Positions 14,290 to 27,371 of a stretch of DNA of 64,000 nucleotides are shown here, piece after piece (position 1 is the stretch's first letter; each line of letters begins with the position of its first letter). The position numbers and the translations under genes were made by a program. The notes under the pieces were generated by a model. That model was not told where the DNA came from, ran no database searches, and saw only the letters and a program-made list of their open reading frames with translations. Origin of the DNA: Octopus vulgaris (Eukaryota); assembly GCA_951406725.2 (NCBI GenBank), contig OX597816.1:63054001-63118000 (forward strand). Reading direction: 5' to 3'.

Positions 14290-14480
14290 CCTTTCTATCA
14301 CAAGAAATTGAGGATATGCAGATTTCGAATCTGTTGTACATAAATATCCGCCTTCTCGTATGATTTTGAAAGTGTTGTTCACACCTGTTGAAATGCTAAC
14401 CTCTACGATTCTACATGAATTGTTTTTTCTGTCCCAAATGACCATATCTTGGTATAAGGTTCGATGGACATGTTCCACCG
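14290..14480 (-). pseudogene. Fragment of restriction-like endonuclease (RLE) domain of an R4/Dong-like non-LTR retrotransposon
   Basis: QDMVIWDRKNNSCRIVEVSI resembles the RLE (P)DxxxxD...xEhS motif; adjacent to a (TATG)n array. Confidence 0.5.
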
Positions 14481-15269
14481 ATTTTCTTTTTGTTGATAAG
14501 CATGCATGCATTTTACATGGATGTATGTATGTATGTATGTATGTATGTATGTATGTATGTATGTATGTATGTATGTATGTATGTATGTATGTATGTATGT
14601 ATGTATGTATGTATGTATGCATGTATGTATGTAAGTAAATATCTACACACATTCGGAGTAAATATGTACACACATACACAAATATATATGTGAGTGTCTA
14701 TGTGTAGCACCTTTTTGGGGTCTTAGCTATGGGTTAATTAACAGATGTGACACTCCATCTAAGTGTGAACGTAGAGATACCCTTGGTTGTCAATGTGCGC
14801 AGTACAACCACCGAAAATTGGGGATTCTTAGCTGTTATCACAACATCTTTATAGAAGAGGGATCCACTGATGTAAAACCTGAGGTTTCAGCTGATTAGTA
14901 GCCATTTCACTTCGTGCTGTCCCTAGATACTAATCACAGAAACCCTGAGAATGGTACTCGTGCTGTACAAGTGTTTACCATAATAATTCAATGACTTTAT
15001 ACTGATCGGATTTTCTAATTGATCTATTAAAAATCATATGGCATTGGAATGATGGCGACGTGTGCAGACGTAACCAGCTCGAAGCGAGCTGTAGGTTATA
15101 ACTTGCGTCTGTCATCTCTGTTTCAAACCACGCAGATCTGAAACGGAAATGAATAGTCATCTGAGCGGTCATGTGGGGGAAGTCCGAAATGCCGTAGACA
15201 ATGAGGAAGCACAACGAGGAAGCACAAAGAGACGGCAATCACCAGAGAAGATGGAGCAATCACTACATA

Positions 15270-15990
15270 TATAGATAGATATAATAGACTAAACAGAACA
15301 GGAGGAGGCACACAAGATGGAGAGTCGCTCCAGAGGTCACAGGAAGTATGACAAAAGATTTCAGACAATGGACACTAAAACAAATATATAATGCAAAATC
15401 ATTTGACGGTCCCAAATATAACAATACATACATAGGATGAGCTCCTGGATCTTAAGAACCTTCCAGTCCAGAGAACAAGGAGTCATCTTTCCACTTTTCT
15501 CCTCCTTTGTACGGCCACACCTCGAATACTGCTGCCCTTTGTAGTCTCCCCATACAAAACAAAACATCTCGAGGATTGAATCACCTCAGAGAGCACTCAT
15601 TAAACGAATTGAAGGCATGACTGATCTCGATTATTGGGACCACCTTAAAGCCTTGAAACTCTACTCTCTCCAGCGCCGCAGCTAGTGGTACATCATTTGT
15701 ACGATGTTGAGAATATACCGCCAGCATTGCCCAAATGACCTGAACATTAGTTTCAAGGTTCATCCAAGGCTGGGACCACGGGCTATACGTCCCTTATCCA
15801 ATTCATGATCACAAAATATAGGTACACTGCGACACAATTTCTTTTTCTCAACAGGCCCCACTCTGTTTAATATTATCCCGAAAGAGATCAAAGAGGAAAA
15901 GGATCCCATCACCTTTAAACGGAGTCTGGACAGATTTCTTCAAGGAACACCGGATACAACTCACTCAACAAGAACACACTACTTGAATGG
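15270..15990 (+). pseudogene. Decayed CR1/L2-group LINE fragment (RT C-terminal region)
   Basis: RMSSWILRTFQSREQGVIFPLFSSFVRPHLEYCCPL*SPHTKQNISRIE then DYWDHLKALKLYSLQRR; upstream DRYNRLNRTGGG resembles the APE-endonuclease RxDR..GGG motif. Confidence 0.75.
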
Positions 15991-16062
15991 ACCACGCAGT
16001 GGGACTGAACACGGAAACCATGTGGTTGGTAAGCAAGACAGTTACTATACAACTACTCCTGC

Positions 16063-16105
<43 letters not shown>

Positions 16106-16326
16106 AGCAGGAACAAATAATTCTCGGTACCTATATTCTGAAGCCTAGGTATTTTTTTGCTGAACCGCTAAGTTACCGAGGCGTAAACACACCAACATCG
16201 GTTATCAATCAATCGGTGATAGAGGACAAGCACAGACACAAAGACAAACACATATACACATGTACACCTAAATATATATATACACACACAAACACACGCA
16301 CATTCATACACGCATATATACACATA

Positions 16327-16690
16327 CGCGCAGGCGTGACTGTGTGGTAAGAAAGTTGCTTCCCAACCTCATGGTTTCGGGTTCAGTCCCAATGCGTGGC
16401 ACCTTGGGCAAGTGTCTTCTACTATAGCCTCGGTCTGACCAAATCCTTGTGAGTGGATTTGGTAGACGGAAACTGAAAGAAGCCTGTCATATATGTGTAT
16501 GTATATATTCAAGTGTATGTGTCGTTGTGTCTGTGTTTGTCCCCGTAACACAGCGGTTCGGCAAAAGAGACCGAAAGCATAAGTATTAAACTTGCAAAGA
16601 ATAAACCCTAGGGTCGATTTCTTCGGCTAAAAATCCTTTAAGACGGTGCTCCAGCATGGCCACAGTCAAATAGCTGAAACAAGTAAGAGA
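16327..16690 (+). mobile_element. SINE family A
   Basis: Colinear with 12440-12915. Confidence 0.8.
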
Positions 16691-16714
16691 ACGAATATAT
16701 ACTCTTTTTTGCTC

Positions 16715-17112
16715 TTTTACTCTTTTACTTGTTTCAATCATTTGACTGCGGCCATGCTGGAGCACCGCCTTTAGTCGAGCAAATCAACCCCAGGACTTAT
16801 TCTTTGTATGCCTAGTACTTATTCTATCGGTCTCTTTTGCCGAACCGCTGAGTTACGGGGACGTAAACACAACAGCATCGGTTTTAGGGTGATGTTGGGG
16901 GACAAACACAGACACACAAACATATACACACACACACATATACATATACATATATACGACGGGCTTCTTTCAGTTTCCGTCTACCAAATCTACTTACAAG
17001 TCTTTGGTCGGCCCGAAGCTATAGTAGAAGACACTTGGCCAAGGTGCCACGCAGTAGGACTGAACCCGGAACTATGTGGTTAGTAAGCAAGCTACTTACC
17101 ACACAGCCACTA
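16715..17112 (-). mobile_element. SINE family A (tail-to-tail with the previous copy)
   Basis: Reverse complement of family A. Confidence 0.8.
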
Positions 17113-17113
17113 C

Positions 17114-17194
<81 letters not shown>

Positions 17195-18082
17195 GATGGG
17201 CTTCAGTTTTCGCCTACCAAATCTACTCACAAGGCTTTGTTAGACTCGAAGCTGTAATAGAAGATACTTGTCCAAGTTGTCACGCAGCGGGACTGAACCC
17301 GGGACCATGTGGTTGGGAAGTAAACTTCTTATAGAGATGTGCTGGTGTGTTTACGTCCCCGTTATTTAGCGGTTCGGCAAAACAGACCGATAGAATAAGT
17401 ACTAGGCTTACAAAGAATAAGTCCTGGGGTCGATTTGTTTCGACTAAAAGTTGTGCTGCAGTATGGCCGCAGTCAAATGACTGGAACAAGTAAAGGAATA
17501 GAGGAATAAAGGAATGAATTTGATTCTTCGTTTGGTATTCAGTCGCCGCCAAAACTCCAGTAAATGGCTTACTCTTAATTTTAGATTTCCTTTAGAATAA
17601 CAATTCCAAAATTCACATTTGTATATAATGAATCTATTCTGTGTGTGTGTGTGCGTGTGTGTGTGTGTGACACAGTTATGGCACGTTGAGTCGATAGTGT
17701 GTTGGTGTGTCGATTAAAAGGCCAACAATACGTTTAATGTCACCAAACACTCGTACCAATGCACTTAAATTTCACAAGGTCAGGAAATCCATCTAGTTGT
17801 GAAGATAGAGGGGAAAGGGAAGTAGAGAGAGAGAAAGAGAGAAAGAGAGAGATAGTAAGAAAGGGGTGAGGAGTGGGGTGGAGAGTAGCCGAGAGAGAGA
17901 GAGAGAGAGAGAGAGAAATAGAAAGAAGGGTAGAGAGAGTTAGATAGATAGAGAGATTGAGAAAGGGAACCAATGTGTGTCCGAAGCAGTTTTAACAACA
18001 AATCCCTCACAATCCGTACAGCTAAGCCATATTAACTCTTCTACTACAGTTGAATCCAGAACTCGGCGATATTTAAAACGAA

Positions 18083-18125
<43 letters not shown>

Positions 18126-18451
18126 AGGAATAAATAAATAAATGAATGAATAAATAAATAAATAAATAAAATTAAATCCCATATTAAATCCGACACTTGG
18201 ATCGAATTAAATCGATTTTGCATCGTATTGTCAACCATTAAAGCGTAAAAGGTAGTAGAACGAATACTGGAAATGATTTCAAGAATTCTACCAGGAGGAT
18301 AAAGAGGAATGGAAGTGTGTTTTCTTTATTCACACTCTTTCACGTCAACTTCATTCTTCTTCCACGCGTTCTTCTTCCCCTCATCCGAGTCATTCCGCGT
18401 TTTCTTCTCCTTTTTCATGCCGTCATTTTCCCTTCTTCTTGTCGTGCCTCC

Positions 18452-19710
18452 TGCTTCTTCTTCTTCTTCTTCTTCTTCTTCTTCTTCTTCTTCTTCTTCT
18501 TCTTCTTCTTCTTCTTCTTCTTCTTCTTCTTCTTCTTCTTCTTCTTCATCTTCTTCTTCTTCCTCTTCTTCTTCTTCATCTTCTTCTTCTTCATCTTCTT
18601 CTTCTTCTTCTTCTTCATCTTCTTCTTCTTCTTCTTCTTCATCTTCTTCTTCTTCTTCATCTTCTTCTTCTTCTTCTTCATCTTCTTCTTCTTCTTCTTC
18701 TTCTTCTCAACTTCTTCTTCATCTTCTTCTTCTTCTTCTGCTTCTTCCTCCTCCTCTTCTTCTTCTTCTTCTTCATCTTCTTCTTCTTCTGCTTCTTCCT
18801 CCTCCTCTTCTTCTTCTTCTTCTTCTTCATCTTCTTCTTCTTCTTCTTCCTCCTCCTCTTCTTCTTCTTCTTCTTCTTCATCTTCTTCTTCTTCTTCTTC
18901 TTCTTCCTCCTCTTCTTCTTCTTCTTCTTCTTCTTCATCTTCTTCTTCTTCTGCTTCTTCCTCCTCCTCTTCTTCTTCTTCTTCTTCTTCATCTTCTTCT
19001 TCTTCATCTTCTTCTTCTTCTGCTTCTTCCTCCTCCTCTTCTTCTTCTTCTTCTTCTTCTTCTTCTTCTTCTTCTGCTTCTTCCTCCTCCTCTTCTTCTT
19101 CTTCTTCTTCTTCTTCTGCTTCTTCCTCCTCCTCCTCCTCTTCTTCTTCTTCTTCTTCTTCTTCTTCTCTTCCTTCTCCTCCTACTCCTTTTTCTTCTTC
19201 TTCTTCTTCTTCCTTCTCCTCCTCCTCCTCCTCCTCCTCTTCTTCTTCTTCTTCTTCTTCCTTCTTCTCTTCCTTCTCCTCCTACTCCTTTTTCTTCTTC
19301 TTCTTCTTCTTCCTTCTCCTCCTCCTCCTCCTCCTCCTCCTCTTCTTCTTCTTCTTCTTCCTTCTTCTCTTCCTTCTCCTCCTACTCCTTTTTCTTCTTC
19401 TTCTTCTTCTTCCTTCTCCTCCTCCTCCTCCTGCTCTTCCTCTCTTCCTCCTTCTTTCTCCTTCCTTCTCCTCCTCCACTTCCTCCCCCTCTTCTTCCTC
19501 CTACTACTTCTCCTCCTCCTCATTTTCCTCTTCCTACTCCTCCTCCCCTTCCGCCTCCTCCTCTTCCTTCTACTTCTTCTCCTTCCTTCCTCCTCCTTCT
19601 TCTACTTATTCTCCTTCTACTACTTATTCTCCTTCTACTTCTCCTCCTTCCCTCCCCTTCCCTCCCCTCCTCCTCTCTTCCTTCTCCTCCGCCTCTTCCT
19701 TCTCCTGCCG
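18452..19710 (+). repeat. About 1.26-kb homopyrimidine (TTC)n/(TCC)n tract with higher-order repeats
   Basis: Direct reading; a ~100-bp block cttcttctcttccttctcctcctactccttttt recurs near 19161, 19261 and 19361. Confidence 0.95.
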
Positions 19711-20189
19711 GACACGATTTCTTTTCTTCGAAACCAATAACCAAAAGTAACTGCTTCCACAGGAATACCATGGCCAATGTGGGGTTACTCCATCATGAAT
19801 CCCTTAAGAGTCAACAGTACAGGTACAAACTCAATTTTTCGGAGCTTTTGGTTCCAAAGACATTCCGTATTATTGGTTTTTTGCGAAGGAGGAGCAGGCA
19901 CACTATAGATCAAACGCATATTAAATACATCTTTTACCTTTTACATGCTTCAGTCATTAGACTGCGGTCATGCTAGAGTACCGCCTTGAAAAACTTTAAT
20001 CAAACGAATCGACCTCAGCACTTATTCTTTTTGTAAAGACTGGTACTTATTCTATCGGTCTGTTTTGCCCAACCGTTAAATTACGGGAACGTAATTACAC
20101 CAAGCGATGGTGGGGTACAAAGAGAAATACGACACACACACACACAATACATACACAGATACATGCGTATATATGTATTTAGTTGAAAT

Positions 20190-20510
20190 CGGAGACCCCT
20201 TCGGTCACGACACTGACCATGGGATTGCACCATACAGTTACCCTGCCAGGCACAAGTCCGCGGCAAGGTTGTTTACGGAAGACCAGCAGTCGCCCATGCA
20301 TACCAGCCTCCCCCCTCCATGCCACCGATGTCATCAAAGGGAAAGGCAAAGGCCGATACAGCTTGGCACCAGTGACGTCGCAACTCATTTCTACAACTGA
20401 GTGAACTGGAGCAACGTTGCTCAAGAACACAACACGCAGCCCGGCCGGGATTCGAACTCACAACCTTATGGTCGTAAGTTTGACGCTCTAGCCACTGAAC
20501 CATGCGCCTG
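20190..20510 (-). mobile_element. SINE family C (tRNA-Arg-like head) with 10-bp target-site duplication
   Basis: Homologous to 29498-29830; TAGTTGAAAT at 20180-20189 and 20516-20525. Confidence 0.8.
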
Positions 20511-20525
20511 TTTCATAGTTGAAAT

Positions 20526-20680
20526 ATTTATAGAAAAACAAAAGACGAAGCAGGTGTATTAGTCAGACGCTCGGGAAAATGAAAATGCCTTTTAAGTTTC
20601 GAGCCTGCGCTCTTCCACGGAAATGAATAAAAGAAAATAAACAGAAAGAGAATGAAAGAAGAATATGTGTTCTTAGCGGT
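20526..20680 (-). mobile_element. Short PLE-type element family 2, degenerate hammerhead at about 20590-20625
   Basis: Minus: CCGTGGA-A-GAGC(GCAG)GCTC-GAAA-CTT; shared aaacaaaagacgaag and cgctcgggaa blocks with 9716-9912. Confidence 0.55.
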
Positions 20681-21789
20681 GTGTTTTCCCGCCAAGGAAA
20701 CCGGGAAACCGGCCCTTATGAGCCAAGCGTGCTTCGTGAAGGAACAAACATACGGTCACTGGTGTAGTACTGGAGAAGTTAAGGCAGGTTATAACACTAA
20801 CAACGTGTAGTTAAAGTTTTAGGGCCTTCTCTTTAGTTTAGTTCTTTTTTCTTGCCTTTTTTGCTTTACCATCGTGGTTTGGACGAGTGAACGCTGTGCG
20901 TTTGCTGTTGGAAAGTTTATTGAGAAACGTGGGTCCTGAGAGGTTTGTTTTGCCACACCCTACATGACATCGAAGCAGTATACTATAATTTTTAATGTCA
21001 ATAATACGATTTATTTATTTATCTATTCATTACAAGTATCGCTCACAAATGATTTCGTTGGTTTAATATGTAATCTATCGAATCTCAAGGTTTCGTTAAC
21101 CTTTTTCTGCGAAGTAACCGAAGGATTATTATACAGAATATCTCATGATGATGGGACACATACCCTACTTCCTTAATAAATGTGCTTACTGCAGGCCTAG
21201 TTATTTGCGTTTAAAACGTGACCGTCAGTATGATACATCCTGTAGATTACCACACACAAATAGGCATGTATCTCATTATTATATCTACTGCTACGGGGAA
21301 ATACTTCTTGCTTTCCTTTCTTTAGGAAATCTAAAATTATTTTGCTTGCAGTCTTTAAATTGATATCTATGCACGGCGCAAACATTTTGTAGACCTATAC
21401 ACGATCATTAAAAAAATAGATATTGACCTATACAGGGGAAATAACTCTTACCACCATTCTGTTTCATGTTTGATTTCTTATGATTCAAAGGTAGCGGCTT
21501 TAATTTTTCGTGTTGTTTTGTTTATAATATTACAGCATCAATCGAAGGCGGTGAGCTGGCAGAATCGTTAGCACATCGAGCAAAATGCTAAGCGACATTA
21601 CGTCCGTTTTTACGTTCTAAGTTCAAATACCGTCGAGTTTCAGTTTCATCATTTCGAGGTTGATAAAAGCACTGGGGTTTCTGTGTGGTTACAGTTGTTA
21701 GACACCTTTTTTTTTTTTCCACAACTCGCTCTTTTGGCTAAGCTGCAGTTCTGAGCTCTTCGTATTTCAAATATCTTCAAACGTTCTCA

Positions 21790-22200
21790 TCCCTCTATCA
21801 GTCGAGTAATGTAGTCAATAAAGGTTCCACATTAGCGTTCCATAGAGGAATAGTTGCGGACAAAAGCGACTTGTGCTCCAAGAAACTCTGGGCGCCAATA
21901 AAAATCAGCAGCCTGATTTATGCAGGAAGACTTCCCGGTAGCAGCCCATGGACACGTCCCTGAAATCCCTCGCCTGATAGTGCTACCGAAGAGACGTGGG
22001 GTGGGGCATTGCTGATTCGAGACAAACTCTACAGGCATGAAAGTGCCGTAAGCTGATCCAGTCCAAGATGCGCACAGAGCGACAACACTTTTGTTCTCGA
22101 ACACGTCGAGTACCCGAGCATTACTGACTTGTGAAGTTATGTCGAGCGTGTGCCAATTATTGGAGAAGGACAAGAAGAAAAGGGCATGGCATTAGTAGCC
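21790..22200 (+). pseudogene. Decayed Tx1/L1-group LINE ORF2 C-terminal (zf-RVT-like) fragment
   Basis: From 22018: RDKLYRHESAVS*SSPRCAQSDNTFVLEHVEYPSITDL*SYVERV, a degenerate CPxC..E/DT..H...C pattern; locally GC-rich. Confidence 0.5.
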
Positions 22201-22561
22201 CTTCAAAGTCTCCCTCCTTTGGAGGAATTATTTTTTTTTACTTTATATTTTTTCCTGTTTTTCAATTTTTATACGCTTTCTATGTAATCCAATTCTATAT
22301 CGTCCTGAACTGCCCTAGAAATTTCTTTATCAGCTCTTTGTGACTGATCAAGGCTGTTGTTATTTAAGCTTGTATTTCTACATATCTCAACACCGAGTTT
22401 TTGAATGATGCTTTCGTCAGGTGTTGGCATTCCTTTGCCCGACGGAAACAGAAACGCATAGTTCGGTTGGAGTAGCGATCTATCCTATTCATTCGACCTA
22501 ACACTTTTATGTACTATTTCGCTGATGCATGTGTGTCTGCATGTATGTGTGTGTGTTTGTG

Positions 22562-22866
22562 TGCATGTATAGTGTATATGTGTTTGCGGAATGTAATCCG
22601 AGGCCATATAGGAATTTACGTGGTGGTGGTGTGACGATATAGGAATTTATGGAAAAAGAAAACGCAAAAGAATACTGCGGACACAGACACGCTTAGATTT
22701 TTATCAGTTGTCGACCAGATGTCAATCAGATGTTTGACATCTGGTCGACAACTGATAAAAATCTAAGCGTGTCTGTGTCCGCTGTATTCTTTTGCGTTTT
22801 CTTTTTCCGTAAATTCCAATATGGCCTCGGATTACATTCCGCAAACACATATACACTACACATGCA
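22562..22866. repeat. Fold-back inverted repeat (about 130-160 bp arms, 8-nt loop near 22726-22733)
   Basis: ...ttatcagttgtcgaccagatgtcaa / ttgacatctggtcgacaactgataa...; the left arm carries a ~30-bp insertion. Confidence 0.9.
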
Positions 22867-23003
22867 TGAATGTATATTTACATATGTTTATATATATGTA
22901 TATGTATACACAAACACACACACATACACACCTTCCCGAGTGTCAAACTATTACACCTGTTTTCGCATTTTGATTTTCTGTAAATTTCAAATATATATAT
23001 ATA

Positions 23004-23385
23004 CTAGCAGTATCGCCCGGCGTTGCTCAGGTTTGTAAGGGAAATAACTATAAAGCATTTTTAGAGAGTTATAGCCAAAAAATAGCCAAAAAATGGAAAA
23101 AAATGATGGTAAATTTTTTTGAGATTTAAAAAAGGTGGAGTTGCGTCCCCTAGACAGTTTGTGGTTCGTGTTTCTGATTCTCGACCCCATGTCGAATTTA
23201 TCGATTTTTTCAGAACTGGTGGAACTTTTCAAAATTTTCGCTTTGTTAGTTTTGAATTATGACATTGGGCTATGTGTGTGTCAAGTTTCATCAGAATCGG
23301 TTGAAAGCCGTGGTCAGGGTGAGGATACAAGCAAACAGACACACAGAAACACGCACAGACAAACTGCCGTTTATATAGAGAGAGA
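23004..23385 (-). mobile_element. Non-autonomous Helitron (same family as 4533-4999)
   Basis: A|TC start, subterminal hairpin remnant and CTAG|T end on minus; shared internal cgaccccatgtcgaatttatcgattttttcagaactgg. Confidence 0.75.
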
Positions 23386-23421
23386 TTGTATGTATGTATG
23401 TATGTATGTATGTATCTATAT

Positions 23422-23545
23422 GAGCTCCGCTCGAAACGTTAAATTCTTCTTTCTTTCTTTTCCTGAGCGTCCAATAACACTATACTTGTTCCACGTCCTC
23501 GCGTTGTTGTGTTTTCTCTTTGTGTTTTCATGTTTGGCTTAACTT

Positions 23546-23546
<1 letters not shown>
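23422..23546 (+). mobile_element. 3' end of Neptune-like PLE family 1, truncated inside the hammerhead, ending in (TA)n
   Basis: gagctccgctcgaaacgttaaa...ttcctgagcgtccaataacactatacttgttccacgtcc matches 28860-29040(-) and 39224-39452(+). Confidence 0.7.
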
Positions 23547-23581
<35 letters not shown>

Positions 23582-23584
<3 letters not shown>

Positions 23585-24000
23585 ATATATATAAAACTTA
23601 GAATGTGTGTCTGTCTGTCTGTCTGTCTGTGTGTTTCCCTAAAACTTGAGAACTACACAACCAATTTCATTCAAATTTTACACATGCCTTACTTAGGGTC
23701 CATATAGTTTCATGGGCAAAAGAAATATTCAACCTCTTGCCTAGAGCAAGCCCATAGCAATATCATATCTTCTCCACTATTTCAGTATTACGTGTTAAAA
23801 GTGAAACAAAAACATTTCTCTATTTTATGTCAGATACTTTCACTTTAACAATAAAAATTAGAGATAATAATAATTTAATTATATGTAGTAAGTAATAATT
23901 AAAATCAAACTAAATTAAAGCGTAACATAACAATTAAAAGTAAAAATAGCAATTGGTATAAAATTGCATCAATGACTTGAACTTGAATAAGTGGTTTCAC
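23582..24000 (+). mobile_element. Helitron-type 5' region
   Basis: A|TC-aatatatataaaac followed by (GTCT)n and aactacacaaccaatttcattcaaattttacac, typical of non-autonomous Helitron heads; 3' limit uncertain. Confidence 0.5.
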
Positions 24001-24809
24001 ATGAATGGGAATAAATTAAAAATAAAATTAGTGTGCAGAAATGGGATAGTCCAGATGGAGCTGTGCACATACACTTTACCACGGCTTTTACATTAGATTA
24101 TCTGCTAATTAGCTAGCATTAAGTATCTATATGAAGTTTGACTGTATGTAATGTCTGTTTTCTCGAACAGCTGCTTCTACTGAGTACCACTGTTGGTTTA
24201 TTTCTTATACATAAAGGATTATAGGTTCAACTGCGTACTGCTTTTCGATCCACCGTAAGGTTTGTTATTATTATTACTGCTTAACTATTGTTATCACGTT
24301 TGTTGGTTCCTCGTAAGGGAAACGTTGTTGTGTTGCATTTGTTAAATAATTGTAAACTGTAACCCTCCCCCTTTGGGAGAAGGAGTTATTGTTTAAAAAT
24401 TGATTTGTGTCCCTGTTTGGGGAAATTGATAATATTTTCACCGTCTTTACAGAAGCATTTTTGTTAAATTGCCTTCGATACAAGAAAGTCCAAAAATGAA
24501 TTTCGTTGCAGCCGTCGGCGGGTGCGAACTCATTAAAATTAAAATGGAAGAAATACAAACCTATTTCGGATTGATCACCGACAAAGACGGTGAATCTAGG
24601 ATTACACCACCAAACGAATTAAAAAATTAAATTAAAGAAAAGACTATTGTCTATAAAGTATACAATGTAGAGAAAAAAAGATTTGAACACCTGGAGGAAA
24701 GCACCATCGAAAAGTTTCTTGGTGCGACTATGAAAGATATCAAGTATCTGTATATATATAGATGTACATGTAATATGTACACATATATATACACATCTAT
24801 ACATGCACT

Positions 24810-26990
24810 AGCACTATGACCCGGCAACGAAACAAAGCGTGCAGCTGTGATGCAATATAAGAGTGATTCTTCTACAAAGTCACTCGAAGAACTCAGAAAG
24901 GCAAGAAATAAAACCCAACTGACTGCCAGACGCTGTGCAAATAGGTATTGGCAAGAAATCTGCCAGAGTATCCAGTCAACTGCTGACAGTGGCGACACCC
25001 GTGGGATGTATGCTGGTCTGAAGAAGGCCCTCGGTCCATCCGCAACCAAGTCAGCCCCTCTGAAATCAACTACTGGAGATCTCATCAAGGACCAAAGCAA
25101 GCAAATGGATAAATGGGTGGAGTACTGCCAGAATCTGTACTCACGGGGGACCACGGTAGCTGAGGCTGCAATCGAGGGTGTCAAGATCTTGCCAGTCATG
25201 TGTGAACTTGACAGTCTGCCATCTATAGCAGAGCTCACCAAGGTTATTGACTCCCTAGCAAGTAACAAGGCTCCAGGAAAAGACGACATCCCCTTAGAGA
25301 TCATCAAAACCGGCAAAAACACCATCCTGCTTCGGCACCTTCATGAGCTTCTGTATCAGTGCTGGGGAGAGGGTACAGTCCCTCAGGATATGCGGGATGC
25401 TAACATCATTACGCTTTACAAAAACAAAGGTGACCGTGGTGATTGTAACAATTTCCGTGGAATATCTCTTCTAAGCACTGTTGGAAAGGCCTTTGCTCGC
25501 GTTATCCTGTCCAGGCTACTACTGCTTGCTTCTCGAATTTATCCAGAATCGCAGTGTGGCTTTAGAAGAAGCATATCAATTATTCTCCATACGCCAACTT
25601 CAGGAGAAGTCCAGTGATTGGACAAAGGCGTTTGACTTGGTAAGTAGAAAAGGCCTCCTCATCTAGCTCCAAAAAATCGGATGTCCACCAAAGCTGCTGA
25701 GGATCATCAAATCTTTCCATGATGATATGCAAGGCACCATACAGCACAATGGTTCAACATCAGCTGCCTTCCAAATAAAAAATGGGGTAAAGCAAGGTTG
25801 TGTCCTTGCTCCTACATTATTTGGCATCTTCTCGCTGCTGTTACATGCCTTTGAGACATCAGATGATGGAGTGTTTCTGCACAGTGGAAATGATGGGAAC
25901 CTGTTCAATCTCTCGTGTCTGCGTGCCAAAGCCAAAATCAGAAGCGTCCTGATCAAGGAGATGCTATTTGCTGATGATGCCGCTCTGGTATCACACATAG
26001 AAGAAACCCTACAAAGGCTCATCAACTGTTTTGAGCAAGCATTTGGCAACTTTCGCTTAGTTATCAGCCTCAAGAAGCCCAACATCATGGATCAGGCTAC
26101 ATCGGACATCCCAAACATACATATTGGAGACCACAGACTACAAGAGGTGGAGAAGTTTACCTATCTTAGCTCTCCCGTCACCTACAACATATCCCTTGAT
26201 GCTGAGCTCAATATACGCATTGGCAAGGCAGCTGCTGTGATGGCCCAACTCTCCAAATGGGCATGGGACAACAATAAGCTGACCAACAACACAAAAATGA
26301 AGATTTACCAGGCATGTGTACTTAGCACTCTACTGTATGGAAGTGAGACTTGGACGCCATACACACGCCATACGACGCCATACGTCTCCTAAATATCTTT
26401 CACCTGCGCTGCCTCCGGAAAATCCTTCGCATCAAATGGCAGAATCATGTCCCCAACAAAGATGTCCTCAAGCAAGCAGGAATACCAAGCTTGTTTGCAC
26501 TCCTCACACAAAGACGTATGAGATGGCTTGGATAAATTAGCCGTATGGAAGATGGCAGAATCCCCAAGGACATACTCAACGGAGAACTTGCTAGGGGCAC
26601 TAGGTCTGTGAGAAGACTGTTCTTACGATACAAGGATGTTTTCAAAAGGGACATGAATGCTTGCAATATCAATATTACCAACTGGGAAGCAGTTGCCAGC
26701 AACCGTGGAGATTGGCGACGTACCGTAAAAGAGGGACCACAAAGGAGTGACATAGAGAGAGAGGAGAAATGGAAAGACAAGAAAAGACGTCAACAAGAAA
26801 CTACGACATTACAACCAGCCAGGCAAAGTCTTCGCTACATTTGCGGCACCTGCCGGAGGGAGTGTTTGTCCAGGATAGGACTACACAGCCACAGCCGGAG
26901 ATGTATTAGGACATGAAATGTAAAAGCCGGACTAGATTATTTTATGCGCAACTCCATAGTCTCCCGAGACAAAAAGGATGCCAACAACAA
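24810..26990 (+). mobile_element. 5'-truncated RTE-clade LINE; RT split by frameshifts (ORFs 24847-25617, 25727-26392, 26350-26535, 26545-26916)
   Basis: KAPGKDDIP, NFRGISLLSTVGK, PESQCGFR, GVKQGCVLAPTLF, MLFADDAAL, LLYGSETW, C-terminal CGTCRRECLSRIGLHSH; 3' UTR ending in ccaacaacaa. Confidence 0.95.
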
Positions 26991-27314
26991 TATATATGGA
27001 TTTCGTAGACAGGAACTGAAACAAATCAATCGTATATATATGTATGTATATATGTAAGTGTATGCGTGTGTCTTTGTCTCTGTGTTTCGCCTTCATCACT
27101 GCTTCACAACTGCTGTTCATTTATTTACATCCACATAACTTACTGGTTTCACAAGAACAAACTAATAGAATAAGTACTTGGCTTATCAACATTAAAAAGC
27201 ACTAGGCTGTGTCTCATATTTTTGTTTGCCCATTCAGTTGTATCTATCAATTTATATTTGTATGTGTGTGTGTATATCTATATCTATCTATCTATATATC
27301 TATATCTATATCTA

Positions 27315-27369
<55 letters not shown>

Positions 27370-27371
<2 letters not shown>

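Noticed and set aside
18309-19976. 555-aa ORF and overlapping 477/433-aa ORFs
   Set aside because: Open only because the (TTC)n tract has no stops in any plus frame; no domain
24651-26780. Minus-strand ORFs (224, 141, 111 aa) and the plus ORF 32395-32925
   Set aside because: Antisense shadows of the RTE and PLE coding sequences
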